From Meiothermus sp. (GTDB lineage: Bacteria > Deinococcota > Deinococci > Deinococcales > Thermaceae), in NCBI GenBank assembly GCA_033762915.1, contig JANRLD010000027.1:1-64000 (forward strand): a stretch of DNA of 64,000 nucleotides. Direction: 5' to 3'. Below are positions 40,656 through 51,156 of the stretch, piece after piece. The position numbers were made by a program, and so were the translations under genes. The notes under the pieces are model-generated. The model worked only from the letters and a program-made list of their open reading frames with translations, was not told the origin of the DNA and searched no databases. Each line of letters starts with the position of its first letter. Position 1 is the stretch's first letter.

Positions 40656-41060
40656 TTAGCGACCTTGGGTCCTCGAGCCCCTGCACTTCTCGCAGACGCC
40701 CTGGTACTCCACCTGGACGCCCTCGAGTTCGAACTCAGGGTACTTGCGGCGCACCTCACTCAGCAAGTCGGGGAGGGGATGGTTGATGTCGTGGAACTCC
40801 CCGCAGTGGCGGCAGACCATGTGCAGGTGGCCGTCGAGGTTGGCCTCGTAGCGGAGGGCCTCGCCGGGGCGGGTGAGGGGGAGCAGGTGGCCCTCCCGGG
40901 TCAGCGCCTCGAGGGTGCGGTAGACGGTGCCCAGGCTGATGCTGGGAACGGTTTTGCGAACCTCCTGATACACCCAGGCCGCGTCGGGGTGAAAGTTGGG
41001 GGTGCGCTGCACCACCTCGAGGACGGCCCGGCGCTGTTTGGTAAGTCGTTTGATCGCCAT
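40656..41060 (-). CDS. Fur-family regulator (PerR-like)
   Basis: TKQRRAV, HPDA, SLGTVYRTL, HLHMVCRHCG, CEKC. Confidence 0.9.
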   Translation of the reverse strand: MAIKRLTKQRRAVLEVVQRTPNFHPDAAWVYQEVRKTVPSISLGTVYRTLEALTREGHLLPLTRPGEALRYEANLDGHLHMVCRHCGEFHDINHPLPDLLSEVRRKYPEFELEGVQVEYQGVCEKCRGSRTQGR

Positions 41061-41298
41061 ATCGGTACGTTGTGTTCAGTCCAGGATAGCAATTCCGACT
41101 GAACCTATCAAGATTCAGTGTACAGCAAGAATTGTTAAGTTAAGCTGAAGCCGGATACATTGAGGGCCTGCCCCGATGTTACCTTGGAGGAGGGCACAGC
41201 CTGCGCGCATAAGGCCCGAGGGACGCGCGCGTTCAGCTCTGTACAGGCGCTTCGCGCCCAACAGTAGGTCTCGGTTAGGCGGCGAAAATGCCCCTCCT

Positions 41299-43404
41299 TC
41301 AGGCGACGGGTTGTACCGTCACCGCCACGCCCGACAGGGCCGCGTTACCGGTAAGGGGGTCGAGCTCGAGTTCGTCGGTCAGGTCGTTGATCGAGGCCCC
41401 GGCGTGCTGCCGGGCGACCTCGAGCCGGGTACCCTCCCGGGTGTGTCCGTAGCCGTGGGGGAGGCTGACCACGCCGGGCATGATCCTATCGCTGACCTCC
41501 GCCCGAACTTCAACACAACCCACCCGCGAGCGCACCTGCACCGTCGAGCCGTCGGCGATACCCCTGGCCTCAGCGTCGCGGGGATGGATGATCAGGGTGC
41601 AGCGGTCAGGGCCGCGCACCAGACGCGGGCTGTTGTGCATCCAGGAGTTGTTGCTGCGCAGGTGCCGACGCCCGATGAGCTGGAGCTGGGAGGGGGCTTG
41701 GCCCAGTAGGGACTCGGCTCGAGGCAGGTCCTTCAGCATCCGCTCGGGGGCGAGGTTGATCTGATGGTTGGGGGTCAGGAGCCGCTGGGGGAGGCGGGGC
41801 TGGAGCGGGCCTAGGTCGAGGCCGTGCGGGTTGGCCCGGAGCTGCTCGAGGCTCAGCCCGTACTGCCCGCTTCGCAGGCCTTGTTCGAGTTTTTCTGCCG
41901 GGTCGCGCGGTGCGGGCAGCTCCGCGCCCTCGGGCAGGGTCATGCGGTTGCGAAGCTCCTCGAAGATTTCCCAGTCGTACTTGGCCCCCTCAGCCTTGGG
42001 GAAGAGGGGCTCAGAGTATTTGGCGGTATTGTGCACCGCGAAGGTGTGGAAAACCAAATCGTAGTGGGCGGTCTCGAGGCCGGTCGCGGGCGGCAGGATC
42101 AGGTGGGCGTGGCGGGTGGTCTCGTTGACGTAGAGGTCAACGGCGACCATGAACTCAAGCCCTCCTAGGGCCTGCTCGAGCTGCCGGCTATTGGGGGTGG
42201 AGAGTACCGGGTTTCCGCAGCTCGTCACCAGCGCCCGGATCTGCCCCTCGCCGGGGGTCAGGATCTCCTCGGCCAGTGCAGCCACCGGCAGCTCGCCGTC
42301 GAACTCCGGAAGGCCGCGGACCCGTGTCTTCCAGCGCCCGAAAATTTCCTCGAAGCCCTTGGAGCGCACCATCTCCACGGCAGGGCTGGTGAACATGGCC
42401 CCGCCCGCCCGGTCGAGGTTGCCGGTAAGCACATTAACCGCGTTGACCAGCCACTGGCACAGCCCCCCAAAGGCCTGGGTTGAGAGCCCGATGCGCCCGT
42501 AGCAGACCGCGCTGGGGCTCTCGGCGAACTCCCGCACAATTTGGCGTAAGGCGGCGGCCTCGAGGCCGGTGGCCCCGGCCGCCCGCTCGGGGGTGAAAGC
42601 CAGGGTAGCCTCGCGCAGCGCCTCCAGGCCCTCTGTAAAGTCGGAGAGCCGCTCGAGCCGGACGTGTCCCTCGGCGAACAGCACATTCACGAAGGCCAGC
42701 AGGAACAGCACGTCGCTGCCGGGTCGGATGAAGTGGTGCGCGTCGGCAGCCTCGGCGGTTTCGGTGCGGCGGGGGTCGAGCACGACCACCTTGCCGCCTC
42801 GAGCCTGGATCGCCTTAAGCCGCTTGCGAACGTTTGGCGAGGTCATGATGCTGCCGTTGGAGGCCAGCGGGTTTGCCCCCAGAATGAGCCAGTGCTGGGT
42901 CCGGTCGAGGTCGGGGATGGGGAGCAGGAACGGGTGGCCGAACATCTGCCAGGCTGCGAAGTGGTGCGGGAGCTGATCGACCGAGGTGGCCGAATAGCGG
43001 CTGCGGGTGCCCAGGGCCTTGAAAAATCCCGGCGCGGTGAGCAAGGTGCCCACATTGTGGACGCTGGGGTTGCCCTGGTAGACCGCGACCGCGTCCGGGC
43101 CGTGCCGCTCGCGTATCCCCTTGAGCTGGCGGGCCACCTCGTCAAAGGCCTCCTCCCAGGAAATTTGCTCCCATCCGGCCGGGGTTCGGCGCACTGGGTG
43201 TTTGAGGCGGTCGGGGTCGGCGTACACGTCTTGCAGTGCCACCGCTTTGGGGCAGATGTGACCCTGCGAGAGCGGGTCGGCGGGGTCGCCCCGGATGGCC
43301 AAGATTTCCTCGCCTTCGAGTTCGATCTCGAGGCCGCACATGGCCTCGCAAAGGTTGCAGGTGCGGTAGTGGGTGCGACGCTGGGCGGCAGGCTGGGCTG
43401 TCAT
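41299..43404 (-). CDS. Molybdopterin oxidoreductase (DMSO reductase family)
   Basis: CNLCEAMCG...CPK Fe-S motif; RRHLRSNNSWMHN; molybdopterin dinucleotide-binding C-terminus. Confidence 0.9.
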   Translation of the reverse strand: MTAQPAAQRRTHYRTCNLCEAMCGLEIELEGEEILAIRGDPADPLSQGHICPKAVALQDVYADPDRLKHPVRRTPAGWEQISWEEAFDEVARQLKGIRERHGPDAVAVYQGNPSVHNVGTLLTAPGFFKALGTRSRYSATSVDQLPHHFAAWQMFGHPFLLPIPDLDRTQHWLILGANPLASNGSIMTSPNVRKRLKAIQARGGKVVVLDPRRTETAEAADAHHFIRPGSDVLFLLAFVNVLFAEGHVRLERLSDFTEGLEALREATLAFTPERAAGATGLEAAALRQIVREFAESPSAVCYGRIGLSTQAFGGLCQWLVNAVNVLTGNLDRAGGAMFTSPAVEMVRSKGFEEIFGRWKTRVRGLPEFDGELPVAALAEEILTPGEGQIRALVTSCGNPVLSTPNSRQLEQALGGLEFMVAVDLYVNETTRHAHLILPPATGLETAHYDLVFHTFAVHNTAKYSEPLFPKAEGAKYDWEIFEELRNRMTLPEGAELPAPRDPAEKLEQGLRSGQYGLSLEQLRANPHGLDLGPLQPRLPQRLLTPNHQINLAPERMLKDLPRAESLLGQAPSQLQLIGRRHLRSNNSWMHNSPRLVRGPDRCTLIIHPRDAEARGIADGSTVQVRSRVGCVEVRAEVSDRIMPGVVSLPHGYGHTREGTRLEVARQHAGASINDLTDELELDPLTGNAALSGVAVTVQPVA

Positions 43405-43555
43405 CTTGGAGTGTAGTGTACAGGGTCAGCCTTGAGGGCAGAAAGGCGGATGCTGGCTGGGGTTCCGTCAGGCCGGCCCGGGATAGCCGGCACGGGTCGA
43501 GGGAGGCCGACCGGCGAAGTTTAGCCCGCGCGGTGGGGTGCTGCCTCGAGCGACA

Positions 43556-44665
43556 TCAGCCCTCTTTGTAGAATTTGGAGTTCAGGTAGAACTCGGTGTA
43601 CAGCACTTTCAGGAACGAGGCCATGGGCACCGAGAGCAACGCCCCTACCAGCCCGAACAGGCTCGAGCCCACCAAAATCGCTCCGATAATGGTCACCGGG
43701 TGCAGGCTGGTGGTCTGCCCGATGATACGCGGGCTGAGGACGTGGGCCTCGAGCTGGTTGGCTGCCACCACCACCCCCAGAACGGCGAGCACCTGCGGCC
43801 AGCCCACCGTTAGGGCCAGCAGCACCGCCGGAATGGTCGAGATGATCACGCCGGCGAAGGGGATTAGGTTGAACACCCCAGCCAGCAGCCCCAGTGAACC
43901 CGCCAGGGGCACCCCGAAGACCCACAGCCCGATGGTGATAAAAAACCCCACCGCCAGCGCCACCAGGAGCTGCCCCCGGATGTAGCCACCCACGGCCTTG
44001 TCGAGCTTGCCCGCGAGGTCGGCGGTGAGCGGCTGGTAGGGCATGGGAACGGCCTGGAAGAGGGTTTGGGAGATTTTGGGCAGGTCGTAGAGCAGATAGA
44101 TGGAGATAATTAGGGCGGTGAGGAACTGGAAGATCCCGCCCAGCAGCGAGGCGAAGAAGCCGATCAGATTACCGCCCTGCGACAGCAGGGCCTGCAGCCC
44201 CCGCAACAGCGTTTGGGTGAAGCCCTCGAGCAAGCTTTGGAGGTTCTCGGCGGCCTGCTGCACCGCGCCCTGGAAGGCCGGGGGCAGTTCGATCTGCCCG
44301 ACGCGGTCGGGCACCCCCTCGGCCCAGCGGACCAGCGGGGCCAGCACCTCGGGCAGGGTGGTGGCGAAGCGGGTCAGCTCGTTAACCATGTCGGCGATCA
44401 GGACCGAGGCCAGACCGATGAACAGAATCAGCCCGGTGTAGACCGTCAGGACGCCCAGGAAGCGCGGAAGGCGGCGGCGCTCGAGCGCCCGCACCACCGG
44501 GCTGAACAAGTAGGCGAACACGAAGGCCAGGATCAGCGTGACAATGGCTGTCCGTGCCCCCCCGAACACGAACCCCAGCACCTGAAAAACGCAGAAGAAA
44601 CCGACCGCGTAGACGGCAATCCGCACCCAGAGGAGTTTCCAGACTTCACTCAGGTCTCGTCGCAT
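43556..44665 (-). CDS. AI-2E (PerM) family transporter
   Basis: GGYIRGQL, NLIPFAG, NQLEAHVLSPRIIG, LHPVTII. Confidence 0.9.
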   Translation of the reverse strand: MRRDLSEVWKLLWVRIAVYAVGFFCVFQVLGFVFGGARTAIVTLILAFVFAYLFSPVVRALERRRLPRFLGVLTVYTGLILFIGLASVLIADMVNELTRFATTLPEVLAPLVRWAEGVPDRVGQIELPPAFQGAVQQAAENLQSLLEGFTQTLLRGLQALLSQGGNLIGFFASLLGGIFQFLTALIISIYLLYDLPKISQTLFQAVPMPYQPLTADLAGKLDKAVGGYIRGQLLVALAVGFFITIGLWVFGVPLAGSLGLLAGVFNLIPFAGVIISTIPAVLLALTVGWPQVLAVLGVVVAANQLEAHVLSPRIIGQTTSLHPVTIIGAILVGSSLFGLVGALLSVPMASFLKVLYTEFYLNSKFYKEG

Positions 44666-44863
44666 CTGCACTACCTTACCAGGGAACCTTAGGGAGAGGG
44701 AGGAGGTGAGGAAAAGGACAAGGGTCAAACCCCAGTTGGCGATTGGACCGGGGCCGAGAATCTTCGAAGCTGGCCGTTGATGCAGCTTGTGGGTACCCGT
44801 GCACGGCATATGCGGGTTCTTCAGACCCACTAAGCGCAGCCAAAACCCTCGCCCCTCAACCGC

Positions 44864-45667
44864 TCACGGCGCCACCAGCCCGAAGCGCTGACTAACCCGG
44901 GCTCGAGTCTGTGCTGGCGTGGTACCCGATCCGAAAAACTGGCCCCGGTCGGGCTGGCCATTCCACAGCTCGAATAGCAGCCGGGCGTTGTCGCGGGTGC
45001 CGTTCACGCCATCCTCGAGGCCGCTGTTGCCCACCCGCCCGATCCACTGGCCGGCCTCCACCTTGCTCCCGACCCTGATCCCCGGCGCGATGGATGAGAG
45101 GTGGGCGTAGATCGTCACCGCACCGCCGGTGTGGCGCACCCAGACCTCACGCCCGCGCAGGCGGTTCATCTGCTCGGGGTTGGCCCCGCCCACCACCGCC
45201 CGCAGCAGCGCTCGGAACTGTGCGGCGCTCAGTTCCTGGAAACCGGTCTCGGCCCGGATCACCTCGCCGCCGGCAGCGGCCAGTACGGCCGTCCCGAAGC
45301 GTACCGGGATGCAGGCGTCGTCGCTGGTGAAGACTACCCCAGGGTTGACGCCCCGACGGTAGGTTCTGGTGGCCCCTGGGAGGTTGGTGTCGCTGCGTGG
45401 GGCGCAGGCACCGGGCAGGGGAGAGCGGAAGGTGAGGGTTTGGCCGGCAGGCCGTGGAGGCTGCGCGGGCTGGGTCCGGGGCGTGGGGCGTTCGGGTTCG
45501 GGGGCGGGCGAGGTCGCGGCGGCCTGGGTGGACGGGCGCTGCGCGGCCTCCTCTTGGGCGTTGCGGAGGTCGGTGACCTGTGAGCGCAGGTTGGTGATTT
45601 GCGAGCACTGATAGAACGACAGCAAGACCAATAGCCCCAGCAGAATCCACCCCGGCTTGATACCCAT
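44864..45667 (-). CDS. M23/LytM-like membrane-anchored protein (zinc ligands appear degenerate)
   Basis: YAHLSSI, IGRVGNSG; the HxxxD and HxH positions read NPGVV and RLLFE. Confidence 0.7.
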   Translation of the reverse strand: MGIKPGWILLGLLVLLSFYQCSQITNLRSQVTDLRNAQEEAAQRPSTQAAATSPAPEPERPTPRTQPAQPPRPAGQTLTFRSPLPGACAPRSDTNLPGATRTYRRGVNPGVVFTSDDACIPVRFGTAVLAAAGGEVIRAETGFQELSAAQFRALLRAVVGGANPEQMNRLRGREVWVRHTGGAVTIYAHLSSIAPGIRVGSKVEAGQWIGRVGNSGLEDGVNGTRDNARLLFELWNGQPDRGQFFGSGTTPAQTRARVSQRFGLVAP

Positions 45668-45788
45668 GACCCCTATGCTAACGTACAATTCGGGTCGAGG
45701 GTCGAAGGAGCCGAGGCTAACGGCAGACGGCGATAAGCCGGCGGCGGAAAACTCTAGCCCGCAGCCCACAGGCGCACCCCATACCGAC

Positions 45789-46169
45789 ATGTTCACCAAA
45801 CTCCACCACGTCGCCATCATCTGCCGGGACTATCACCGTTCCAAGCGTTTTTATGTAGAGGTCCTGGGGCTGACCCCAATCCGCGAGGTCTACCGGGCCG
45901 AGCGAGAGTCCTACAAGCTGGACTTGCAGGTCGGTGGCTCACAGCTCGAGCTGTTTTCCTTCCCCGACCCGCCCCCGCGCCCCTCCCGGCCCGAGGCGTC
46001 GGGCTTGCGCCACCTGGCCTTCGCGGTCGAAGACATCGAGCGGGTAATAGCCCACCTTGAGCGCCACCAGGTCGAAGTCGAGCCCGTGCGCCTGGACCCC
46101 CATACCGGCAAGCGCTTCACCTTCTTCGCCGACCCCGACGGGCTGCCGCTCGAGGTGTACGAAAGCTGA
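45789..46169 (+). CDS. VOC/glyoxalase family protein (YaeR-like)
   Basis: LHHVAII, ELFSF, GLRHLAF, FFADPDGLPLEVYE. Confidence 0.9.
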   Translation: MFTKLHHVAIICRDYHRSKRFYVEVLGLTPIREVYRAERESYKLDLQVGGSQLELFSFPDPPPRPSRPEASGLRHLAFAVEDIERVIAHLERHQVEVEPVRLDPHTGKRFTFFADPDGLPLEVYES

Positions 46170-46309
46170 AGGCATCGCGGAGGAGAAGCACTGGGCTCTT
46201 TCTTTCTCACCGTCTGCAACAATCCCCTGCTAAGGCCGGCGGGCGCCTGTTAACCGTTCCCTCTACCCAATCACTTTTGTCCCACACTCCCCGACTTATA
46301 CTTTCCACG

Positions 46310-47230
46310 ATGCGCCCGATGCCTGTCGTCTCGCCCGGTTTCGCCATAGCGCTTAGCCTGGTGGTGGCGATTGTGGTGTTCGGGCTGAAGTGGGTGGCTT
46401 ACCGGCTTACGGGATCGGTGGCGCTGTTCTCGGACGCGCTGGAGTCCATCGTCAACATTGTGGCGGCGGCGGCGGCGCTGGTGGCAGTGCAGATCGCCCG
46501 GCGGCCGGCCGACGCCAACCACCCCTACGGCCATACCAAGGCCGAGTACTTTTCGGCGGTGCTCGAGGGCGTCCTGATTGCACTGGCCGCGATCTCCATC
46601 GTGCGCTACGCCTACGAGAAACTGCTCAGCCCCGAGCCGGCCGTCTCGCTGGGCGTGGGGCTGGCGGTGTCGGTGTTCGCCTCCGGCCTCAACGCCGCGC
46701 TGGCCTGGTTCCTGATCCAAAACGGCCGACGCTCCCGCTCGCCCGCCGTGGCCGCCGACGGCTGGCACATCCTCACCGACGTGTACACCTCGCTGGGCGT
46801 GCTGGTGGGGGTGAGCCTGGCCTACCTCACCGGCTGGTGGCTGCTGGACCCGCTGCTGGCGATCCTGGTAGCCATAAACATCCTTTGGGTGGGCTGGCGC
46901 CTGGTGCGCGACTCGGTAGGCGGGCTGATGGACGAGGCGGTGCCCGAGGCCGAGCTGAACGAGATTCGGGACGAACTCGAGCGCACCCTCCGGGGCCTGG
47001 CCACCAACGGCGAGGTGCTCGAGGTGCACGACCTCCGCAGCCGCAAAGCTGGGCCTCGCACCTTCGTGGAGTTCCACCTGGTGGTTCCTGGCCCGATGAG
47101 CGTGGATCGGGCGCACCAGATCTGCGACCGCATCGAGAACGGCCTCAAGGCCAACCTCGCCAACGTTCAGGTCACCATCCACGTCGAGCCCGACCACAAG
47201 GCTAAGCACTCGACTTTTCGGGTCGGGTAG
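46310..47230 (+). CDS. Cation diffusion facilitator transporter
   Basis: SDALES, HPYGHTKAEY, HILTD, IHVEP. Confidence 0.9.
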   Translation: MRPMPVVSPGFAIALSLVVAIVVFGLKWVAYRLTGSVALFSDALESIVNIVAAAAALVAVQIARRPADANHPYGHTKAEYFSAVLEGVLIALAAISIVRYAYEKLLSPEPAVSLGVGLAVSVFASGLNAALAWFLIQNGRRSRSPAVAADGWHILTDVYTSLGVLVGVSLAYLTGWWLLDPLLAILVAINILWVGWRLVRDSVGGLMDEAVPEAELNEIRDELERTLRGLATNGEVLEVHDLRSRKAGPRTFVEFHLVVPGPMSVDRAHQICDRIENGLKANLANVQVTIHVEPDHKAKHSTFRVG

Positions 47231-47240
47231 AGTATCCCCC

Positions 47241-48062
47241 ATGCCGCTCAACGAGACTGCGATCCAATTCGACACAGACGGTCAGCGTATCCACGGGATG
47301 CTGCACCTGCCCCTGAACCCGGCGGACAAAGTTCCCGCCGTGCTAATGCTGCACGGCTTTACCGGGCAGCGGATGGAGCCGCACCGGCTGTTCGTGCTGT
47401 TCTCCAGGCTCCTCGCCCGCCATGGTATCGCCAGCCTGCGCTTCGACTTCCGGGGCTCGGGAGAGTCGGAAGGTGGGTTTGAAGAGATGACCGTCAGCCG
47501 CGAGATCGAGGACGTGATGGCCGCCCACCGGTTCCTGCTTTCGCGCCCCGAGGTGGACCCCTCGAGGGTTGGGCTGCTGGGGCTTTCGATGGGCGGCATG
47601 GTGGCAGCGCTGAGCGTGGCGCGCCTTGAGGTCGCGGCGCTGTGTCTGTGGGCCCCGGCGCACCCAAAGCTGTGGCTTGGCGAGTTCAGCGAGGAGCAAC
47701 GCAAAGTGTTGCCTCAGCTTTTCGCCCAAGCCGAGCGGGAGGGAAAGCTGCCGCCGGGGGTTCGGACGCTGCCGGACGGCTCCGGCACTGACTGGAACGG
47801 CAACCCGGTCGGCTGGGGTTTTTTCGCCGACCTCGAGCGCCACGAGCCTTTCGACTCGGTTAGGAGCCACCGTAACCCCGCGCTGGTCGTTCATGGCACC
47901 GCCGACCCCACCGTTCCCTTCGCGATTGGGGAGGCCTACGCCAGATCGATGGGGGCGCCGCTGCGCCCAATAGAAGGTGGACTCCACACGTTCGAGGTCG
48001 TGCCCCACCAGGCCGAGGTCCATCAGGTGACCCTCGAGTTTTTCAAGCAGCACTTGGGCTAG
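47241..48062 (+). CDS. Alpha/beta hydrolase
   Basis: HGFTG, FDFRGSGES, GLSMGG, HGTADPTV. Confidence 0.85.
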   Translation: MPLNETAIQFDTDGQRIHGMLHLPLNPADKVPAVLMLHGFTGQRMEPHRLFVLFSRLLARHGIASLRFDFRGSGESEGGFEEMTVSREIEDVMAAHRFLLSRPEVDPSRVGLLGLSMGGMVAALSVARLEVAALCLWAPAHPKLWLGEFSEEQRKVLPQLFAQAEREGKLPPGVRTLPDGSGTDWNGNPVGWGFFADLERHEPFDSVRSHRNPALVVHGTADPTVPFAIGEAYARSMGAPLRPIEGGLHTFEVVPHQAEVHQVTLEFFKQHLG

Positions 48063-48184
48063 CAGAGCGGAATCAAGTCACGTCCAATGGCCTGAACAAC
48101 CCCGGCGCGAGGAGTGTTCGCGGATGGGTGGGTGTGCCCTGATGCACTAGGGTGGCTATGGAGCCGAGGGTGAAAACTGCCCTT

Positions 48185-48302
48185 ATCGTGTTTCCCCCCA
48201 ATACTCCGCCCACGATGCCGCGCTAGACCATGCGCTAAAGCCGAGTATTGCGCTCGGTACGGCAAAGACCGCCGAACAGAGTGTTTGTGGGAACCGCCCT
48301 CA
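48185..48302. repeat. Dispersed small repeat family B copy overlapping the RpiR stop
   Basis: ATCGTGTTTCCCCC ... GTGGGAACCGCCCTCA termini. Confidence 0.6.
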
Positions 48303-49166
48303 CTTCTCCCGGACAAAGTACTGGGTATGGTTCGCCAGCGTCTCGAAGGTCTCGAGGTCGTTCAGAGTTCGCTCAGGCTGCTGCTGGGCAGCGGCGTCGA
48401 CCAGGAGGCTTGCCAGCGCGAGCGTGGAGACCGGAAAGACGGTGGTCCGGCTGTTGGTGACGGGGGCCAGCAGCACCTCCCCGGCCAGGCCGGTCAGGGG
48501 GTGGCTGGCCTTGTTGATTACCAGGCCGGCGGGCACTTCCCTGAAGCGCATCAGCTCTAGCAGGGTCTGGGTCTCGCGCGGGTAGCGGGGGATGGCGAAC
48601 ATCAGCAGGTAGTCGGGCCGGCCGAAGTGCACCAACTGAACGAGGTTGGGGGCCTCGAGGCTGGTAATGGTCTGGACGTTTGGGCGCAGTCGCGAGAGGT
48701 ACAGCCCGGCGTGTAGCGCAGCAGGTGCGGCGGCCCCGAATCCCGCGATCAGCACACTGCGGGCTCCGCTGAGCCGCTGTGCGCAACGCCCAAAGGCAGC
48801 GCTCCGCACCACCTGGTTCAGACCGCGCAGGTGGTGGGCTTCGCGCTCGAGCAAGGCCGATGTGTCGGCATGCGCCCCCTCGAAGCGGCGCACCGGGGGA
48901 GCCTCCTCGAGGCGGCTCAGCAGGCCCTGGCTGAGGGTGCGCTGGAACTCGGCGTAGCTCTTGTGGCCCAGTGCGTTCACGAAGCGGGTGACCGAAGCCT
49001 GGGAGCTGCCTGCCGCCTGGGCGAGTTGGGTGCTAGACATAAAGACCCCGACTGCATAGTTATCCATTAGGTAGGCCCCCACCCTCCGCTGGGCCTCAGG
49101 GAGCTGGGGGAGCTGCTGGCGGATGCGCTCGAGGGTGGGCTCTCCCGTGGACGTGGGCATTGACAT
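48300..49166 (-). CDS. MurR/RpiR family regulator (HTH + SIS)
   Basis: LAQAAGSSQASVTRFVNALGHKSY; SIS-like C-terminus; AAGGAG RBS. Confidence 0.9.
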   Translation of the reverse strand: MSMPTSTGEPTLERIRQQLPQLPEAQRRVGAYLMDNYAVGVFMSSTQLAQAAGSSQASVTRFVNALGHKSYAEFQRTLSQGLLSRLEEAPPVRRFEGAHADTSALLEREAHHLRGLNQVVRSAAFGRCAQRLSGARSVLIAGFGAAAPAALHAGLYLSRLRPNVQTITSLEAPNLVQLVHFGRPDYLLMFAIPRYPRETQTLLELMRFREVPAGLVINKASHPLTGLAGEVLLAPVTNSRTTVFPVSTLALASLLVDAAAQQQPERTLNDLETFETLANHTQYFVREK

Positions 49167-49179
49167 CCAGATACTCCTT

Positions 49180-49225
49180 TGAAAGAATCTATTCACGCTT
49201 CGACTGCTCTGAATCATATCATTCA
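49180..49225. promoter_or_regulatory. Two TGAA-N8-TTCA boxes (putative RpiR operators)
   Basis: 49180-49195 and 49210-49225, 30 bp apart, in the divergent intergenic region. Confidence 0.55.
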
Positions 49226-49339
49226 GCGCTGCCCCTCACCAAGAGCCTGTCCGAGCCGGAGAAACCACCGTTTTTTGCGGCGGCACACCCGTTCTCTAGC
49301 CCGTAAATCTCCTCTACGCTGGATGCTGTATAAAGATGT

Positions 49340-50290
49340 ATGAGCTACCTCGCCCGACGCTTCGCCCTATTCCTCCTGGTGCTGTGGGGGGTCTCGGTCA
49401 CGGTCTTCGCCGCCTTGCAACTGGCGCCGGGCAACCCCGCACAGCTCCTTCTGGGCCCACAGGCCACCCCCGAGACCCTCGAGCGCGTGACCCGCGAGCT
49501 GGGTCTGGATCGGCCGGTGCTGGTGCAGTACTGGCGCTGGCTGAGCAGCGCCCTCCAGGGCGACCTGGGCACTTCAATAACGCTGCGCGAGCCGGTGAAC
49601 AAGCTGGTCTTCGAGCGGCTGGCCAACTCGATGATCCTGGCGATTCCGGCCTTTTTTCTGGCCACCTTTTTGGGCCTGAGTCTGGGCATTCTCAGCGTGA
49701 TATTCCGGCGCGGCTGGCTGGACCACACCGCCAACACCCTGATGTTTGTGGGGCTGGCGATACCCGTTTTCTGGCTGGGCTTGGTGCTGATCATCGTCTT
49801 CGGGCTGCGCCTGGGCTGGCTTCCAGTGAGCGGAATGTACCCGCCGGGCGGCGAGCGCAGCTTCGAGGAGATTGCCCGCCACCTGGTGCTGCCCGCCGTG
49901 ACGCTAGCCGTCGCGCCCGCTGCGGTGATCGCCCAGATCGCCCGCTCGGCCCTGCTCGACGAGGTGACCCGCGACTACGTCCGCACCGCCGTCTCCAAGG
50001 GCCTATCGCAGCGCAGCGCCACGGTTCACCACGCCCTGCGTAACACTTGGATACCGGTGGTTACCGCGCTGGGCCTCGAGATCAATTACGTGATCGGGGG
50101 GGCAGTGCTGGTGGAGAACGTCTTCAACTGGCCGGGCATCGGGCAGTTGTTGGTGCAGGCCGCCCTCAACCGCGACTACCCGGTGGTGCTCGGCGCGAGT
50201 CTGGTACTGGCCGCGATTTTCGTGGCAGTGAACTTCCTGGTCGAGGCGGTTTACGTGCTGATTGACCCGCGGGTGAAGGGGCAGGCATGA
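49340..50290 (+). CDS. Peptide/nickel ABC transporter permease (DppB-like)
   Basis: LGLDRP, GDLGTS, DYVRTAVSKG EAA loop, RDYPVV. Confidence 0.9.
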   Translation: MSYLARRFALFLLVLWGVSVTVFAALQLAPGNPAQLLLGPQATPETLERVTRELGLDRPVLVQYWRWLSSALQGDLGTSITLREPVNKLVFERLANSMILAIPAFFLATFLGLSLGILSVIFRRGWLDHTANTLMFVGLAIPVFWLGLVLIIVFGLRLGWLPVSGMYPPGGERSFEEIARHLVLPAVTLAVAPAAVIAQIARSALLDEVTRDYVRTAVSKGLSQRSATVHHALRNTWIPVVTALGLEINYVIGGAVLVENVFNWPGIGQLLVQAALNRDYPVVLGASLVLAAIFVAVNFLVEAVYVLIDPRVKGQA

Positions 50291-51156
50291 GCGTCCGAAG
50301 CGTGGACGCAGGCGCTAAGGCGGAGGGCTCGAGCCCCCGCGCACGACGCGCGTGGCTCAACACCTACATGGTGGTGGGTGGGCTGATGGTGCTGCTGCTG
50401 GTTGCCCTCACCGTGCTGGCCCCGCTGCTGGCCCCCAAGGACCCCAACGCCATCAACCCCATCAATGCCCTTAAGCCCTTCGGCTTTGAGGGCCACGTGC
50501 TGGGCACCGACAACCTGGGCCGCGACCTCTTCAGCCGAATGCTCTATGGCGGCCTGATCACGCTCCTGAGTGGCGCGGTGGCGGCCTTCCTCTCGGTGGG
50601 GCTGGGGGTGCTCTTGGGTGTCCTGGGGGCCTACTTCGGCGGCTGGACGGATCTGTTAATCGCCCGCCTGCTGGACATCCTGATGGGCTTTCCCTTCATC
50701 CTCCTGGCGATCCTGTTTGTCGCGGCGGCAGGACCCTCCACCCTCACCGCGCTGGTCGCGGTCGCCATCGCCAACGTGCCCTTCTCGGCGCGGTTGGTGC
50801 GCTCGGAGGCGCTGCGGGTGAGGGAACAGGAGTACATCACTGCGGCCTCGGCCCTGGGCGCGAGCCACGGGCGCGTGATGCTGCGCCACCTGCTCCCCAA
50901 CGTGGCCTCGATCATCATCCCGACACTCTTCATGACCATGGGTTGGATGATCGGCCAGACCTCCGCGCTCTCCTTCCTGGGTCTCGGCACCCAGCCCCCC
51001 ACCGCAGACTGGGGCTCGATGCTGGCCGAGTCGCAGAACTACATGACCTCCCTGCCCGAGGTGGCGATGCTGCCCGGCCTAGCCATCGTGTTCGCGGTGC
51101 TGGGGCTGAACCTGTTCGGGGTGGGCCTCAGGGCAATGCTGCTTAGGGAGCGGTAG
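50287..51156 (+). CDS. Peptide/nickel ABC transporter permease (DppC-like)
   Basis: LGTDNLGRD, EYITAASALGAS, HLLPN, LSFLGLG. Confidence 0.9.
   Translation: MSVRSVDAGAKAEGSSPRARRAWLNTYMVVGGLMVLLLVALTVLAPLLAPKDPNAINPINALKPFGFEGHVLGTDNLGRDLFSRMLYGGLITLLSGAVAAFLSVGLGVLLGVLGAYFGGWTDLLIARLLDILMGFPFILLAILFVAAAGPSTLTALVAVAIANVPFSARLVRSEALRVREQEYITAASALGASHGRVMLRHLLPNVASIIIPTLFMTMGWMIGQTSALSFLGLGTQPPTADWGSMLAESQNYMTSLPEVAMLPGLAIVFAVLGLNLFGVGLRAMLLRER

Noticed and set aside
41074..41104. Inverted repeat GTTCAGTC...GACTGAAC upstream of the Fur/PerR gene
   Set aside because: Plausible autoregulatory site, but it does not match a Fur or Per box I can recognise and there is only one instance.
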